Notes: generated from the sequence alone by a model not told the origin. 64,000 nucleotides of DNA from Bacteroidales bacterium UBA3290 (GCA_002361615.1 DETK01000032.1:51297-115296), one strand, 5' to 3'; shown: positions 46,319-56,711, counted from the stretch's first letter. Translations and numbers: made by a program.

Positions 46319-47655
46319 TGGACCGGAAAGAGCAGCTCAAGCAGGAAATCCTCGAGAAGACGCGCGAGTATTATGAACTGGTGCATCGTCCCGATCCCGC
46401 GGCTTTCGTCCCGGGTCAAACCCGGATCAACTACGGCGGCCGGTGGTTCGATGACCAGGAGATGGTCAATCTGGTGGATGCTTCCCTGGACTTCTGGCTG
46501 ACGGCCGGTCCCTGGGCTGCGCGATTCGAACGCGGCCTTGCCGCCTGGCTGGGCGTGAAGCACTGCTCGCTGGTCAACTCGGGTTCTTCTGCCAATCTGC
46601 TTGCTTTCAATGCTTTGACAGCGCCTGAACTAGGCGCTCGCCGAATCCGGCGGGGAGATGAAGTCATTACCGTGGCAGCCGGTTTCCCTACGACCGTTGC
46701 TCCTATCGTTCAGTATGGCGCCGTCCCCGTTTTCGTGGACATGTCCATTCCGGAATACAACATCGACGCCAGCCTGCTGGAGCAGGCGTATTCTCCCAGG
46801 ACAAAGGCCGTGATGCTGGCCCATTCGCTCGGCAATCCCTTCAATCTGCAGGCCGTGGTCGATTTCTGCCGGCGGCACGACCTGTGGCTGGTTGAAGACA
46901 ACTGCGATGCGCTGGGATCGGAATATCTGATCGACGGTCAGTGGAAAAAGACCGGCACGATCGGCGATATCGGAACGAGCAGCTTCTATCCGCCCCATCA
47001 TATGACGATGGGAGAGGGAGGTGCCGTCTATACGGACAATCCCTTGCTGCACAAGATGGTGAATTCTTACCGCGACTGGGGACGCGAGTGCTGGTGCGTC
47101 GGCGGTGTCGACAATACGTGCGGCTGCCGCTTCAGCGGCCAGTTCGGAAGCCTTCCGGCCGGCTACGACCACAAATATGTTTACAGCCATCTGGGCTTCA
47201 ACCTCAAGGCGACCGATCTCCAGGCTGCCATCGGCTGTGCCCAGCTCGGGAAACTCGACCGGATCGTCGCCAGCCGCCGGCACAATTTCGAATTCCTGCA
47301 CAGGAACCTGGAAGGGACAAAGGGACTGATTCTTCCCCAGGCACAGCCCGGTTCCCGCCCCAGCTGGTTCGGCTTCCTGTTGACGGTCGAGCCGGATGCG
47401 GGCTTCTCGCGGACGGAGCTGACCCGTTTCCTGGAAAGCCGGAAGATCCAGACCCGCAATCTTTTCGCCGGAAACCTGCTGCGGCATCCGGCCTTCGAAG
47501 CCCTGGAAGAGGGCATCGACTACCGGGTGGCAGGCAGTCTCTCCGTTACGGACCGGATTATGAACGACACCTTCTGGATCGGTGTCTATCCCGGTATGAC
47601 GGAAGCCAAGTTGAACTATATGGTTGCGTGTATCCAGGAATTCTGCAAACGATGA
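46318..47655 (+). CDS. rfbH: CDP-6-deoxy-L-threo-D-glycero-4-hexulose-3-dehydrase (E1, RfbH/DdhC-type)
   Basis: The track ORF is trimmed to [23 protein letters not shown] (TAATG overlap with rfbF). It has the DegT fold, with His replacing the Schiff-base Lys ([14 protein letters not shown]). A Cys cluster ([15 protein letters not shown]) matches the E1 Fe-S site. Confidence 0.88.
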   Translation: MDRKEQLKQEILEKTREYYELVHRPDPAAFVPGQTRINYGGRWFDDQEMVNLVDASLDFWLTAGPWAARFERGLAAWLGVKHCSLVNSGSSANLLAFNALTAPELGARRIRRGDEVITVAAGFPTTVAPIVQYGAVPVFVDMSIPEYNIDASLLEQAYSPRTKAVMLAHSLGNPFNLQAVVDFCRRHDLWLVEDNCDALGSEYLIDGQWKKTGTIGDIGTSSFYPPHHMTMGEGGAVYTDNPLLHKMVNSYRDWGRECWCVGGVDNTCGCRFSGQFGSLPAGYDHKYVYSHLGFNLKATDLQAAIGCAQLGKLDRIVASRRHNFEFLHRNLEGTKGLILPQAQPGSRPSWFGFLLTVEPDAGFSRTELTRFLESRKIQTRNLFAGNLLRHPAFEALEEGIDYRVAGSLSVTDRIMNDTFWIGVYPGMTEAKLNYMVACIQEFCKR

Positions 47656-48734
47656 AAGGGAACCTGCGAGATTTTTACCAAGGGAAGCGCGTCCTCGTGA
47701 CGGGGCATACCGGCTTCAAAGGGAGCTGGCTGTCGCTCTGGCTGTACGAGATGGGCGCTGAAGTGGTCGGCGTGGGGCTGGACCCGTATTCTGAACGGGA
47801 CAATTTCGTGCTCTCGGGTATCGGCAGCCGGATCTTAGCCGACATCCGGGCCGACATCCGGGATCCGAAAGGGCTGAAAGCCATCCTGGCACAGTATCAG
47901 CCGCAGATCGTCTTTCACCTGGCAGCCCAGCCGCTGGTCCGTCTGAGCTATGAAATTCCTGTCGAGACCTATCAGGTCAATGTGATGGGGACGATCCACG
48001 TGATGGAAGCCATCCGCGCAACGGAAAGCGTGCGGGTCGCCGTGATGGTGACGACCGACAAATGCTATGAGAACAAGGAGACGCTCGCCGGGTATCGGGA
48101 AGACGATCCATTCGGCGGATATGACCCTTATTCTTCCAGCAAGGGTGCCTGTGAGATCGCCATCCAGTCCTGGCGCCGCAGTTTTTTCAACCCCGTCGAT
48201 TACGGAATCCGGCACTATGTAAGCCTGGCAAGTGTCCGGGCCGGCAATGTGATCGGAGGCGGAGACTGGGCGAAGGACCGCATCGTGCCCGATTGCATCC
48301 GGGCACTGGAAGCCGGGAAGCCCGTGGAAATCCGCAGCCCCAAGGCGGTCCGGCCCTGGGAGCATGTGCTGGAACCCCTCTCCGGCTATCTGATGCTCGC
48401 CCGAAAGATGTGGGAGCAACCGACTTCCTATTGCGAAGGATGGAACTTCGGCCCCGAGCCGGATTCTGTCCTGACTGTCTGGGAAATGGCCAGTGCGCTG
48501 GTCTCCTGCTTCGGAGAAGGGGCGCTGCGGGATGTGTCCGATCCTTCCGCCGTGCACGAGGCATCGCTGCTGACGCTGGATATCACCAAGGCGAAAACCC
48601 GCCTGGGCTGGAAACCGCGTCTGGACGCGGCGGGCGCTATCGCCCTGACGGCTGACTGGTATAAACGCTATGCCCGGGAAGATGTGTATGCTTTGTGCGC
48701 CGGGCAGATAAAAAAGTATGAGGGAGAGGAGTGA
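47652..48734 (+). CDS. rfbG: CDP-glucose 4,6-dehydratase
   Basis: The track ORF is trimmed to [31 protein letters not shown]… (ATGA overlap with rfbH). SDR motifs and YSSSK are present; 360 aa. Confidence 0.92.
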   Translation: MKGNLRDFYQGKRVLVTGHTGFKGSWLSLWLYEMGAEVVGVGLDPYSERDNFVLSGIGSRILADIRADIRDPKGLKAILAQYQPQIVFHLAAQPLVRLSYEIPVETYQVNVMGTIHVMEAIRATESVRVAVMVTTDKCYENKETLAGYREDDPFGGYDPYSSSKGACEIAIQSWRRSFFNPVDYGIRHYVSLASVRAGNVIGGGDWAKDRIVPDCIRALEAGKPVEIRSPKAVRPWEHVLEPLSGYLMLARKMWEQPTSYCEGWNFGPEPDSVLTVWEMASALVSCFGEGALRDVSDPSAVHEASLLTLDITKAKTRLGWKPRLDAAGAIALTADWYKRYAREDVYALCAGQIKKYEGEE

Positions 48735-49270
48735 TGGAACTGATCGTTACGCCGATGGACGGCCTGCTGGTCTTGCAGACCGTGCCTTTCCAAGATGCCA
48801 GGGGCGGCTTCCGGAAACCGTTCAATGAAGAGATCTTCCGTGAGCGGGGCCTGGCGACGGATTTCAAGGAGTTCTATTATTCCGTGAACCGGAAAGGCGT
48901 CATCCGGGGGATGCACTTCCAGACACCGCCTTGCGACCACGAGAAACTGGTCTACGTGAGTCAGGGCCGGATTCTGGATGTCGTGGTGGACATCCGCAAG
49001 GGTTCTGCAACTTACGGAAAGTATTTTGAAACGGAGCTCAATGCCTCGGACGGCTGCTCCCTCTATATCCCCAAAGGGTTCGCCCACGGTTTTTGTGCCC
49101 TGGAAGAGGATTCGGTCGTCAACTATGCGCAGACCTCCTGCTATGACAGGCAGCATGACTGCGGCATCTCGTACCGTTCTTTCGGATTCCCCTGGCCAGT
49201 GTCCGATCCCATCCTGTCGGAACGGGACCTGGGTTTCCCCGATTTGAGAGATTTTGATTCGCCTTTCTGA
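48734..49270 (+). CDS. Nucleotide-sugar 3,5-epimerase (RfbC/cupin family)
   Basis: …DARGGFRKPFN…GVIRGMHFQ…KLVYVSQGRILDVVVDIRKGS…YIPKGFAHGF is the RmlC-type pattern. The start could be the GTG at 48731 or the ATG at 48734. Confidence 0.85.
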   Translation: MELIVTPMDGLLVLQTVPFQDARGGFRKPFNEEIFRERGLATDFKEFYYSVNRKGVIRGMHFQTPPCDHEKLVYVSQGRILDVVVDIRKGSATYGKYFETELNASDGCSLYIPKGFAHGFCALEEDSVVNYAQTSCYDRQHDCGISYRSFGFPWPVSDPILSERDLGFPDLRDFDSPF

Positions 49271-49271
49271 T

Positions 49272-50144
49272 ATGAACATTCTTGTGACAGGAGCCACGGG
49301 CTTCATCGGAACCCATCTGGTAGAAGAACTGCGAAAGAGCCACCAGCTGTTCATTCTGGGTCAGTTCCCGGGCGACCCGGAGAAACTCGGACTGCCGGGC
49401 TACATCGTGGATGACGACATCCCCCGCCTGGCGGAATATATACGGGAGCATAAGATTTCCGGTATCATCCATCTGGCCTCGCTGTATCTGACCGTCCATA
49501 AACCCGAGCAGATCAGGACACTGGTCGATTCGAACGTCTTTTTCGGAACTTCCGTCCTCGAGGCGGCCTCGCTCTCCGGCTGTGTCCGCTGGTTCCTGAA
49601 CACCGGTTCCATCTGGCAGAATTTCCGTTCGTCGAGTGACGCCTACCGGCCGGTGAATCTCTACGCGGCGACCAAGCAGGCCTTTATCGATATGGCGCGC
49701 TACTATACCGATGTTTTCGGCATCCGTTTCTGTACCTTGAAACTTTGCGATACCTATGGCCCCGGCGACCCGCGTCCCAAGATTTTCAAGCTTTTCAAGG
49801 ATTGCTCCGAAAGCGGGGAGGTGCTCAAGATGTCTCCGGGCGAACAGTTGCTGGACATCCTCTATATCTCCGATGTCGTCTCGGGTTTCTGCCGGCTCGT
49901 CGAGCTGCTTGCTTCCGATACGCAACTGGGCGAACAGTATGTCCTTTCGTCGGGTGAACAACGGAGCCTTCGTTCCCTGGCTGCGACTTTCGAACGGATA
50001 TCCGGCCGGCCGCTTCCCGTTGAATGGGGCGGCAGGCCCTATCGCGACCGGGAAGTGATGGTGCCCTGGCGCGGACCGCTACTCCCGGGCTGGAAACCCA
50101 GTGTCGATCTGGAAACGGGAATCCGCCTCTTCCTTAATCTGTAA
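49272..50144 (+). CDS. NAD(P)-dependent sugar epimerase/reductase (SDR), candidate CDP-4-keto-dideoxyhexose reductase
   Basis: MNILVTGATGFIGTHLV… (Rossmann fold) and YAATK (catalytic YxxxK). The role is inferred from its position after rfbFHG and the epimerase. Confidence 0.75.
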   Translation: MNILVTGATGFIGTHLVEELRKSHQLFILGQFPGDPEKLGLPGYIVDDDIPRLAEYIREHKISGIIHLASLYLTVHKPEQIRTLVDSNVFFGTSVLEAASLSGCVRWFLNTGSIWQNFRSSSDAYRPVNLYAATKQAFIDMARYYTDVFGIRFCTLKLCDTYGPGDPRPKIFKLFKDCSESGEVLKMSPGEQLLDILYISDVVSGFCRLVELLASDTQLGEQYVLSSGEQRSLRSLAATFERISGRPLPVEWGGRPYRDREVMVPWRGPLLPGWKPSVDLETGIRLFLNL

Positions 50145-50148
50145 TCGC

Positions 50149-51570
50149 GTGCCGGAAATCAACATATCGAAAAAAGACGTCCTCTGGGGCTATGTGGCTA
50201 CCTTTTTTCAAGTAGCCTCCGGCCTGGTAGTGCTGCCGTTCATCCTCCACTTCCTGACGAAAGAGGAAGTGGGCTTGAACTATATCATGCTGACGGTCGG
50301 TGCCATGGTGTCGCTCTTCGATTTCGGTTTCACGCCCCAGTTCGGCCGCAACTTCTCCTATATTTTCAGCGGGGCGACCGATCTGGCGAAAGAAGGCCTG
50401 CAGAATGCGGTCGGTGAAAAGACGAATTACCGCTTGCTGAGGATTCTGATCGACGTGGCCAAAATGGTTTACAGCCGGATTTCCCTGGTTGTGCTCATCC
50501 TCATGCTGACGGCCGGTTCGGTTTATATCGGCCATGTGACAGAAGGTTTTTCACTCGTCAAGAATTCGCTGGTCATCTGGATCGTCTATTCGCTCTCCAC
50601 CTTCTTCAACCTGTACTATTCCTATTTCTCCTCCTTGTTGGTCGGAAAAGGACTGGTGATGGAGTCCAAGAAGGCGATGATCGCCTCCCGCCTGGCTTAC
50701 ATCATCCTGGCCATCGGTTTGATCTATGCCGGCCTGGGCCTGCTGGGTGTCGTGACTGCCAATCTGATCGCACCTTTCATCCTGCGCTATCTGGCTTACC
50801 GCTATTTCTTTACGGCGCAGATGAAAGGGGATCTTTCGCCATATGCTTCTTCGAAAGAAGAGCGTTCCCATTATTTCAGTATCATCTGGCACAACGCGCG
50901 CAAGATCGGCCTGGTGATGGTCGGCAGTTATGGCATCAACCGTTTCGGCCTTTTCCTGGCAGGTCTTTTCCTCAGCCTGGAAGAGGTAGGCTCCTATGGC
51001 CTGATGACCCAGCTGGTCAATGTGACGGTTTCCCTGGCCGCCAATTATTTCTACGTTTCCGAGCCGCAGTTCGCCCTTTTCAAGGTGCGGGGAGAAACCG
51101 AACGCCTGCTCAAGCGTTTTGCCCTGACCATGAATGTCTTCTATCTGGTCTTCGCGGTCGGGACGCTCTTCCTGATCTTCTGCTGCCCGCCGTTGCTGGA
51201 ACTGATCCGCTCACAGTCCGTCCTTCCGGGGTGGCCGGTGCTGCTGGTCTATTCCATCGTCATCCTGCTTGAGCAGAATCATTCCCTCTTCTCGAGCATC
51301 ATTGTCGTCGGCAACGAGGTCCCATATGTCAAGCCGGCGCTTCTGTCGGGCCTGGCCATCGTCATTGGCAGTTACCTCACCCTCCGTTTTACAGGCTGGG
51401 GCATCATGGGCCTGATCCTGGTCCAGGGCGCCTGCCAGCTGGCTTACAACAACTGGAAATGGCCCCTTGTCGTCTGCCGGGATTTCCGGATTTCCTTCCC
51501 GCGTTTCCTCCAGGTCGGCATGCAGGAATCCCTGAAAAAGGCCGGCGATTTCCTTCACCACAGACTTTAG
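50149..51570 (+). CDS. wzx: Oligosaccharide/O-antigen flippase (Wzx, MOP superfamily)
   Basis: Polytopic protein of about 12-14 TM helices. The N-terminus …INISKKDVLWGYVATFFQVASGLVVLPFIL is typical of Bacteroidota Wzx. The start is uncertain: GTG at 50149 is preferred, but GTG at 50101 would overlap the upstream gene. Confidence 0.75.
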   Translation: MPEINISKKDVLWGYVATFFQVASGLVVLPFILHFLTKEEVGLNYIMLTVGAMVSLFDFGFTPQFGRNFSYIFSGATDLAKEGLQNAVGEKTNYRLLRILIDVAKMVYSRISLVVLILMLTAGSVYIGHVTEGFSLVKNSLVIWIVYSLSTFFNLYYSYFSSLLVGKGLVMESKKAMIASRLAYIILAIGLIYAGLGLLGVVTANLIAPFILRYLAYRYFFTAQMKGDLSPYASSKEERSHYFSIIWHNARKIGLVMVGSYGINRFGLFLAGLFLSLEEVGSYGLMTQLVNVTVSLAANYFYVSEPQFALFKVRGETERLLKRFALTMNVFYLVFAVGTLFLIFCCPPLLELIRSQSVLPGWPVLLVYSIVILLEQNHSLFSSIIVVGNEVPYVKPALLSGLAIVIGSYLTLRFTGWGIMGLILVQGACQLAYNNWKWPLVVCRDFRISFPRFLQVGMQESLKKAGDFLHHRL

Positions 51571-51573
51571 GCG

Positions 51574-52584
51574 ATGATGAACGGTCTTTTCGACAAGCAC
51601 GATTTCTTTGCGGACAAAGCCTCCGTCCCTTCCCGTCTCGCATGGGGGGATCCGCAGAAGTGCCCCGATCCGCACGTGACGGTCATCATGCCCGTGTACC
51701 GTCGTCCCGACTATTTTGCGAAAGCGCTGGCCTCCGTCCTGCAGCAGGATTTTACGGGTGCTTATGAAGTGGTTGTCGTCGATAATAATCAAGAGACGGA
51801 CAGCCCCAACCAGGCCGTCGTGGAACAGGCTGCCGACCCGCGAGTGCTGTACTACCGCAATGCGGAGAATCTGGGCATGTACCAGAACTGGAACCGCGGC
51901 ATCGAACTCGCGCGCGCACCCTATGTGACTTTCTGCCACGACGACGACCTGCTGCTGCCCGGAGCGCTGCGGATCCTGCTGCAACTGGCTCCTGCAGTCG
52001 GGCAGGCTTGTGTCCTTTCAGCCTATCATACAATCGATGAAAACGACAGGATAACGGGGACGACATTGCAGCACAAGCCGCATCTTGGCATTATCCAGCC
52101 TCGGAAGCTGGTCCGATATACCCGTCTGGGCCAGTACCTGGGCAATGTCTCCTGCGGAGACGGTTGCCTGTATCACCGGCAGTCCTTGTTGGATGCAGGA
52201 GGGTATGACAGTGACTTCTATCCTGCCGCCGACTATGCCCTGCATGTGGCCTATGCCCATTTCTACGGCGCTTGGATCAACCCTGAGCCTACGGCTTGTT
52301 ACCGGGTCGCGGACAACGAATCCAGCAAAGTGTATGAGGCGTTCCCGGATGCGATGAAGAAGGTCCATCTCTGCATGGCTGCCCGGCGCGGAAAACCTTC
52401 CCGCTTGCTGACGCGTTTTATCGAGGCGATGTATGCTAACAATCGGGATATGTCCCGGCGTGCCTGGGGAGGTGCGGACAAAACCGGACGGACGATGACG
52501 GCCGGCCAAAGGTTCCTGGTCGGAGTGGCGCGGCGGCTGAATGCCGTCAATTATTATGCTTTCGGGCGGCGGTCATCCGTCTGA
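51574..52584 (+). CDS. Glycosyltransferase family 2
   Basis: VTVIMPVYRRPDYFAKALASVLQQDF…VVVVDNN… and a DDD motif indicate a GT-A fold. Confidence 0.85.
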   Translation: MMNGLFDKHDFFADKASVPSRLAWGDPQKCPDPHVTVIMPVYRRPDYFAKALASVLQQDFTGAYEVVVVDNNQETDSPNQAVVEQAADPRVLYYRNAENLGMYQNWNRGIELARAPYVTFCHDDDLLLPGALRILLQLAPAVGQACVLSAYHTIDENDRITGTTLQHKPHLGIIQPRKLVRYTRLGQYLGNVSCGDGCLYHRQSLLDAGGYDSDFYPAADYALHVAYAHFYGAWINPEPTACYRVADNESSKVYEAFPDAMKKVHLCMAARRGKPSRLLTRFIEAMYANNRDMSRRAWGGADKTGRTMTAGQRFLVGVARRLNAVNYYAFGRRSSV

Positions 52585-53482
52585 CCTTGTCGATGACCAT
52601 ATTGACCGGAGCGACAAAGAGGCTGTGCAATACGATTTTCAGGTAAGCCCCTTTGCCATAGTTGGTCGTGACGATCTTCCGGATATCCGTCAATACGTAG
52701 GTGTGCTTCGTGGGGCGGATGACTTCGTTGAAGTAGAAAAACTCCAGAAAGGAGAAGACATCTTTCTTGACGCTCTGGAACGTGTCTTCGCTGATCCGCT
52801 TTTCTTCTTTCAGGCCCCGGATGATGTCCAGGAAGGTGATGCCGAACGCTTCAAAAGGATTGTACCCACCTTTCCCGGCATCATCCTGCAGGTATTGATA
52901 CGGGACGTTCCAGATGATGCAGCGGCTTTCTTCCCGCAGTTGGAACAGGAAGAGGGTATGGGGGAAGGTGCTGTTGACGGGTTTTTCGCGCATCCCCTTC
53001 ATATCGTCTCTCCAGACGGCAGTCCCGGCGCTCCAGCTGGAGAAATAGGACAGGTTCCGGACGAACGAATCCATATTGGGACAGTCGATGACCGAGGGAC
53101 CTTTGACATGGCCGTTTCCACAGTAGATCAGCGGCTTGGAATCCTGGTATTCCCTGACCAGACCGATCAGCTTGTCGATGCTTCCGGGAAGCAGCACGCA
53201 ACGGTGGTTCAGCATCTTGCAGAAGATACCGCTGCATTTTTCAAAGGCATCGACCTGATTGGTGAAGCCGGCCGAATCGGTGGGGTAGTATCTGAGGTTG
53301 GGCTGCGCCAGGGCTGCGACGGCCTTTTCCAGTTCCGGATTGCGGGCATTGTCGGTGATGACGACTTCGAACAGCGAGTTATCCACCTGCTGGCTGTAGA
53401 TGCTGGAGAGGAGCGGACCTACCCAGTCTACGCGCCCGTTGGTGGGAATGCAAAGGGACAGGAGCGGTTCAGGCGTTTCCAT
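52547..53482 (-). CDS. Glycosyltransferase family 2
   Basis: LSLCIPTNGRVDWVGPLLSSIYSQ…FEVVITDNA is a GT-A N-terminal pattern; 311 aa. Confidence 0.8.
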   Translation of the reverse strand: METPEPLLSLCIPTNGRVDWVGPLLSSIYSQQVDNSLFEVVITDNARNPELEKAVAALAQPNLRYYPTDSAGFTNQVDAFEKCSGIFCKMLNHRCVLLPGSIDKLIGLVREYQDSKPLIYCGNGHVKGPSVIDCPNMDSFVRNLSYFSSWSAGTAVWRDDMKGMREKPVNSTFPHTLFLFQLREESRCIIWNVPYQYLQDDAGKGGYNPFEAFGITFLDIIRGLKEEKRISEDTFQSVKKDVFSFLEFFYFNEVIRPTKHTYVLTDIRKIVTTNYGKGAYLKIVLHSLFVAPVNMVIDKVRRMTAARKHNN

Positions 53483-54401
53483 CCATCACGAAGCTAGCGA
53501 ACCGCTGGATTCCTTCCTGGATACCAAGCGGTTGGAAATCAATCATGTCCTGGATCCTGTCGATAGCCAGGACGACGTGGGAGACGTCCTCCTGCCGGGC
53601 CGGAAGATAGTGGACGGACACCTCCAGGCCGGATACCTCCTTGAGGATCCGGAGGATATCGTTGACACTGTACCCGACGCCGCTTCCGACATTGAAGGTT
53701 TTGTCGAAAGCGTCTTCCTTCCCGAGAAGGGAGAGGGTGGCCTGCACCAGGTCGTCGATATAGATGTAGTCGCGGACGGCGATGCCGTCTCCCCAGACTG
53801 AGACGGCCTCTTTGCGCAGCGCCTTTCCCAGCGCGACCGCAATGAGCCCCTGTCTGCCGTGCAGGTTCTGCCCCGGACCGTAGGCATTCGACGGGCGGAG
53901 GATCAGATACCGGAGCCCTTGCGTACGGTGCATATAGCGGATGCTTTCTTCCATCATCTGTTTGGACCAGCCGTAATGGGAGATGGGGGCCAGCGTATCT
54001 TTTTCGGTAAAGGGCTCGAAGGTGGAACGCTCTCCATAGACGGTACCGCCGGATGAGAAGTACACCAGTTTGACGTGATGCTTGCTGCAGAGCTCCATCA
54101 GCCGGATGGAAGGGGCGACGACTTGCTCGAATTCCTTCTCGAAATCCGCGAAACCACAGCCCGGAACCAGCGTCGAGACCAGATGGATGACGGCCTGGAT
54201 ATTTTCCTGCACGAGGATGGTTTCCAGTAATTCCGTATCGGACAATGAACCCCGGTAAAGGTGGACGGGCAGATGCTGGATCCTGTCGACGGGTGCGGAA
54301 ACGGGCTCCAGGACCGAGACGACGTGCTCTCCCCGAAGGGATAACGCGGTGGCAAGATGGGAACCGATGAACCCGGCTCCGCCGAGGAGAAGAACACGCA
54401 T
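53469..54401 (-). CDS. NAD-dependent nucleotide-sugar epimerase/dehydratase (SDR)
   Basis: The track ORF is trimmed to MRVLLLGGAGFIGSHLA…. SSGGTVYG and YGWSK (YxxxK) are present; 310 aa. Confidence 0.85.
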   Translation of the reverse strand: MRVLLLGGAGFIGSHLATALSLRGEHVVSVLEPVSAPVDRIQHLPVHLYRGSLSDTELLETILVQENIQAVIHLVSTLVPGCGFADFEKEFEQVVAPSIRLMELCSKHHVKLVYFSSGGTVYGERSTFEPFTEKDTLAPISHYGWSKQMMEESIRYMHRTQGLRYLILRPSNAYGPGQNLHGRQGLIAVALGKALRKEAVSVWGDGIAVRDYIYIDDLVQATLSLLGKEDAFDKTFNVGSGVGYSVNDILRILKEVSGLEVSVHYLPARQEDVSHVVLAIDRIQDMIDFQPLGIQEGIQRFASFVMDGNA

Positions 54402-54450
54402 GGCAGGGTACTTAATGCTGCAAAGATACAAATATAATCCCTAACTTTTG

Positions 54451-54458
54451 TACCTTTG
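54451..54458 (+). promoter_or_regulatory. Bacteroidota -7 promoter box (TACCTTTG) upstream of the acyltransferase gene
   Basis: Matches TAnnTTTG and lies 31 nt upstream of the ATG at 54489. Confidence 0.5.
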
Positions 54459-54488
54459 TGGACAGAACAGAAAACCCGTCAACGGCTC

Positions 54489-55505
54489 ATGCAGCAGCAA
54501 AGGATAGGATACATAGACACTGCCAAAGGGCTTCTGATTCTTTTCCTGCTCTTCGGCCACTGCAGGATCCTTGCGTCCTGGCAGGGGCTGGACGATCCCG
54601 TCCTTCATCTGATGGGAAAGGGGATCGGGCTCTACCGTCCGTTCTTCATGCAGACGTTCTTCCTGATCACGGGCTTCTGCTCCACCTTCAGTATCGGGTT
54701 CCTGCCTTTCCTTTTGAAAAACCTCAAGACCCTGCTACTGCCTGCTGTGCTGCTCGATTTGCTGTGCTATGGGATCATGGCTGCCACTGGGAGCGTCGAG
54801 GAGTCCTTTGTGGCGCATCTCGCAGGCTTCGCCTCCTGGCTGAAGACGGGCGGACCCTGGTTTATCTTTGCCCTGCTGTGGGCGAAGCTGCTGTTGTGGG
54901 GTATATCCCGTCTGAAACGGCCCTGGCAGATCCTGCTGGTTGCCGTCTTGTACCTGTTGGGACTGGCGCTCAACCATTTTGAAAGATTTGATAACTTCTT
55001 GTGGCATCGTCACGCCTTGCTGGCCGTCCCGTTCCTGTATGGCGGTTTTCTGCTCAAAGGGAATATGGAGCGGATCCAGAAGTATCTGCTGCCTGCCGGC
55101 CTTGTCGGCATGGCTTTGATTGTCGCCGAGAACCTGGTGGCGCATTTTACTGCGTTCACCCTTCCGGCCAACGATATCTTCATCGATGTGGATTTCTTCA
55201 ATTTTCCGCTGCATTTCGTGAATGCGGCGGGAGGATCCGCTTTCGTTTTCTGGCTGGCGCGGCGGCTGGTGAAGAGCCGTATGTTGTCGCTGCTCGGACT
55301 GGGCTCCCTGCTTGCGTACTTGATGAACGAGACCCTTCAGGTCCCGGTGATCCGCTTGTTGATGCCGGTCTATCCGTCTGGCAGCATCGTGGGCTGCCTT
55401 TGCTTCCATTTGGCCGCGTATGTCCTGTGCGTAGCCGTCAGTTGTCTGCTCATCTGGCTGATCTACAAGCATCGGGCTTTGTCCTGGATTGTGGGCAAGT
55501 TTTGA
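54489..55505 (+). CDS. Acyltransferase-3 family membrane O-acyltransferase
   Basis: MQQQRIGYIDTAKGLLILFLLFGHC… followed by about 10 TM helices, typical of the OafA/acyltransferase-3 family. Confidence 0.8.
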   Translation: MQQQRIGYIDTAKGLLILFLLFGHCRILASWQGLDDPVLHLMGKGIGLYRPFFMQTFFLITGFCSTFSIGFLPFLLKNLKTLLLPAVLLDLLCYGIMAATGSVEESFVAHLAGFASWLKTGGPWFIFALLWAKLLLWGISRLKRPWQILLVAVLYLLGLALNHFERFDNFLWHRHALLAVPFLYGGFLLKGNMERIQKYLLPAGLVGMALIVAENLVAHFTAFTLPANDIFIDVDFFNFPLHFVNAAGGSAFVFWLARRLVKSRMLSLLGLGSLLAYLMNETLQVPVIRLLMPVYPSGSIVGCLCFHLAAYVLCVAVSCLLIWLIYKHRALSWIVGKF

Positions 55506-55515
55506 GGATATGTGT

Positions 55516-55523
55516 TATCTTTG
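55516..55523 (+). promoter_or_regulatory. Bacteroidota -7 promoter box (TATCTTTG) upstream of the WbsX-like gene
   Basis: Matches TAnnTTTG and lies 16 nt upstream of the ATG at 55539. This argues against the GTG start at 55512. Confidence 0.45.
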
Positions 55524-55538
55524 CTAATCGTTCCGTGT

Positions 55539-56711
55539 ATGGAAAACAATAGAGTCATCGCTTTTTATCTTCCGCAGTTCCACCCGATTCCGGAGAATGA
55601 CGCGTGGTGGGGACCCGGTTTTACGGAGTGGACGAACGTGGCGGCCGCCAAGCCCTTGTTCCGGGGCCACGTGCAGCCGCGCATTCCGGCCGACCTGGGC
55701 TTTTACGACCTGCGTCTGCCTGAAACGCGCGAAGCACAGGCGGCACTGGCGCGCGAGGCCGGCATTGAAGGATTCTGCTACTACCATTATTGGTTCGGCG
55801 GGGGCAAGCAGCTGCTGGAGCGCCCTTTCAACGAGGTGGTGACCAGTGGAAAACCCGATTTTCCTTTCTGCCTGTGCTGGGCCAACCATACATGGGCCTC
55901 TTCGACCTGGACCAATGCCAAGTCCCGCAAGCAGGGCTCCAAGATACTGATGGAGCAGCGCTATCTGGGGACGGCTGATAACGAGCGGCATTTCCGTACG
56001 TTGCTGCCGGCCTTCCGCGATCCGCGCTATATCCGGGTGGACGGCAAGCCACTGTTCGCCATTTTCGATCCATTCAATTTCAAGAACGCCGAGTCTTTCA
56101 TGGCGCAATGGCGGCAGTTGGCTGCGGAATACGATATGCCCGGCATCCACTTCGTGGCCGTAGTCCGCACGGCCAATCCGAGCTCCGTGGCGAAATCCCG
56201 TCTGCAAGGAGAGGAAGATCCTGAAGCGGTGGCACGGGAACGCGTCAGGAGCGTGCTGGCCCAAGGCTACGATGCCGTGACGACCGACAACCACCAATAC
56301 GCGCAAATTCATGCAAAAGGGCTGTGGCAGAATGCTTTCCATGATTTTCTGGCTCAGTATCTGGGTATCCGCCGTCCCTTCCGGTTCCGCCAGTCCGAGA
56401 TCAATGCCTATATGCTGCTCAAGCTGGAGAAACGCGACAATATCTATCCGACCCTGGTCCCGAACTGGGACCGCACGCCCCGTACGAAGGAAGATTCCAT
56501 CTATGTGGACAGCACGCCGGCCGAGTTCGAAAAGCTGGCGCTACGGGCTTTCCGTCTCGTAAAGAAAAAGCCACAGGAACACCGCATCGTCTTCCTGAAA
56601 TCCTGGAACGAATGGGGGGAGGGCAACTATATGGAGCCCGACCGGCAGTACGGCCACGGCTACATCGATGCGCTGCGTCGCGCTATGGACGCTTCTGAAA
56701 AAGAGATCTGA
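55539..56711 (+). CDS. WbsX-like glycosyltransferase / GH99-like domain protein
   Basis: MENNRVIAFYLPQFHPIPENDAWWGPGFTEWTNV… is the hallmark N-terminus of the WbsX family. SWNEWGEGNYMEP lies near the C-terminus. Confidence 0.8.
   Translation: MENNRVIAFYLPQFHPIPENDAWWGPGFTEWTNVAAAKPLFRGHVQPRIPADLGFYDLRLPETREAQAALAREAGIEGFCYYHYWFGGGKQLLERPFNEVVTSGKPDFPFCLCWANHTWASSTWTNAKSRKQGSKILMEQRYLGTADNERHFRTLLPAFRDPRYIRVDGKPLFAIFDPFNFKNAESFMAQWRQLAAEYDMPGIHFVAVVRTANPSSVAKSRLQGEEDPEAVARERVRSVLAQGYDAVTTDNHQYAQIHAKGLWQNAFHDFLAQYLGIRRPFRFRQSEINAYMLLKLEKRDNIYPTLVPNWDRTPRTKEDSIYVDSTPAEFEKLALRAFRLVKKKPQEHRIVFLKSWNEWGEGNYMEPDRQYGHGYIDALRRAMDASEKEI

Noticed and set aside
46941-48734. 597-aa ORF suggesting a long N-terminally extended dehydratase.
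   Set aside because: The first 237 codons are an out-of-frame read through rfbH with an Arg/Pro-rich composition. The canonical RfbG N-terminus ([24 protein letters not shown]) starts at 47652 with an ATGA overlap.
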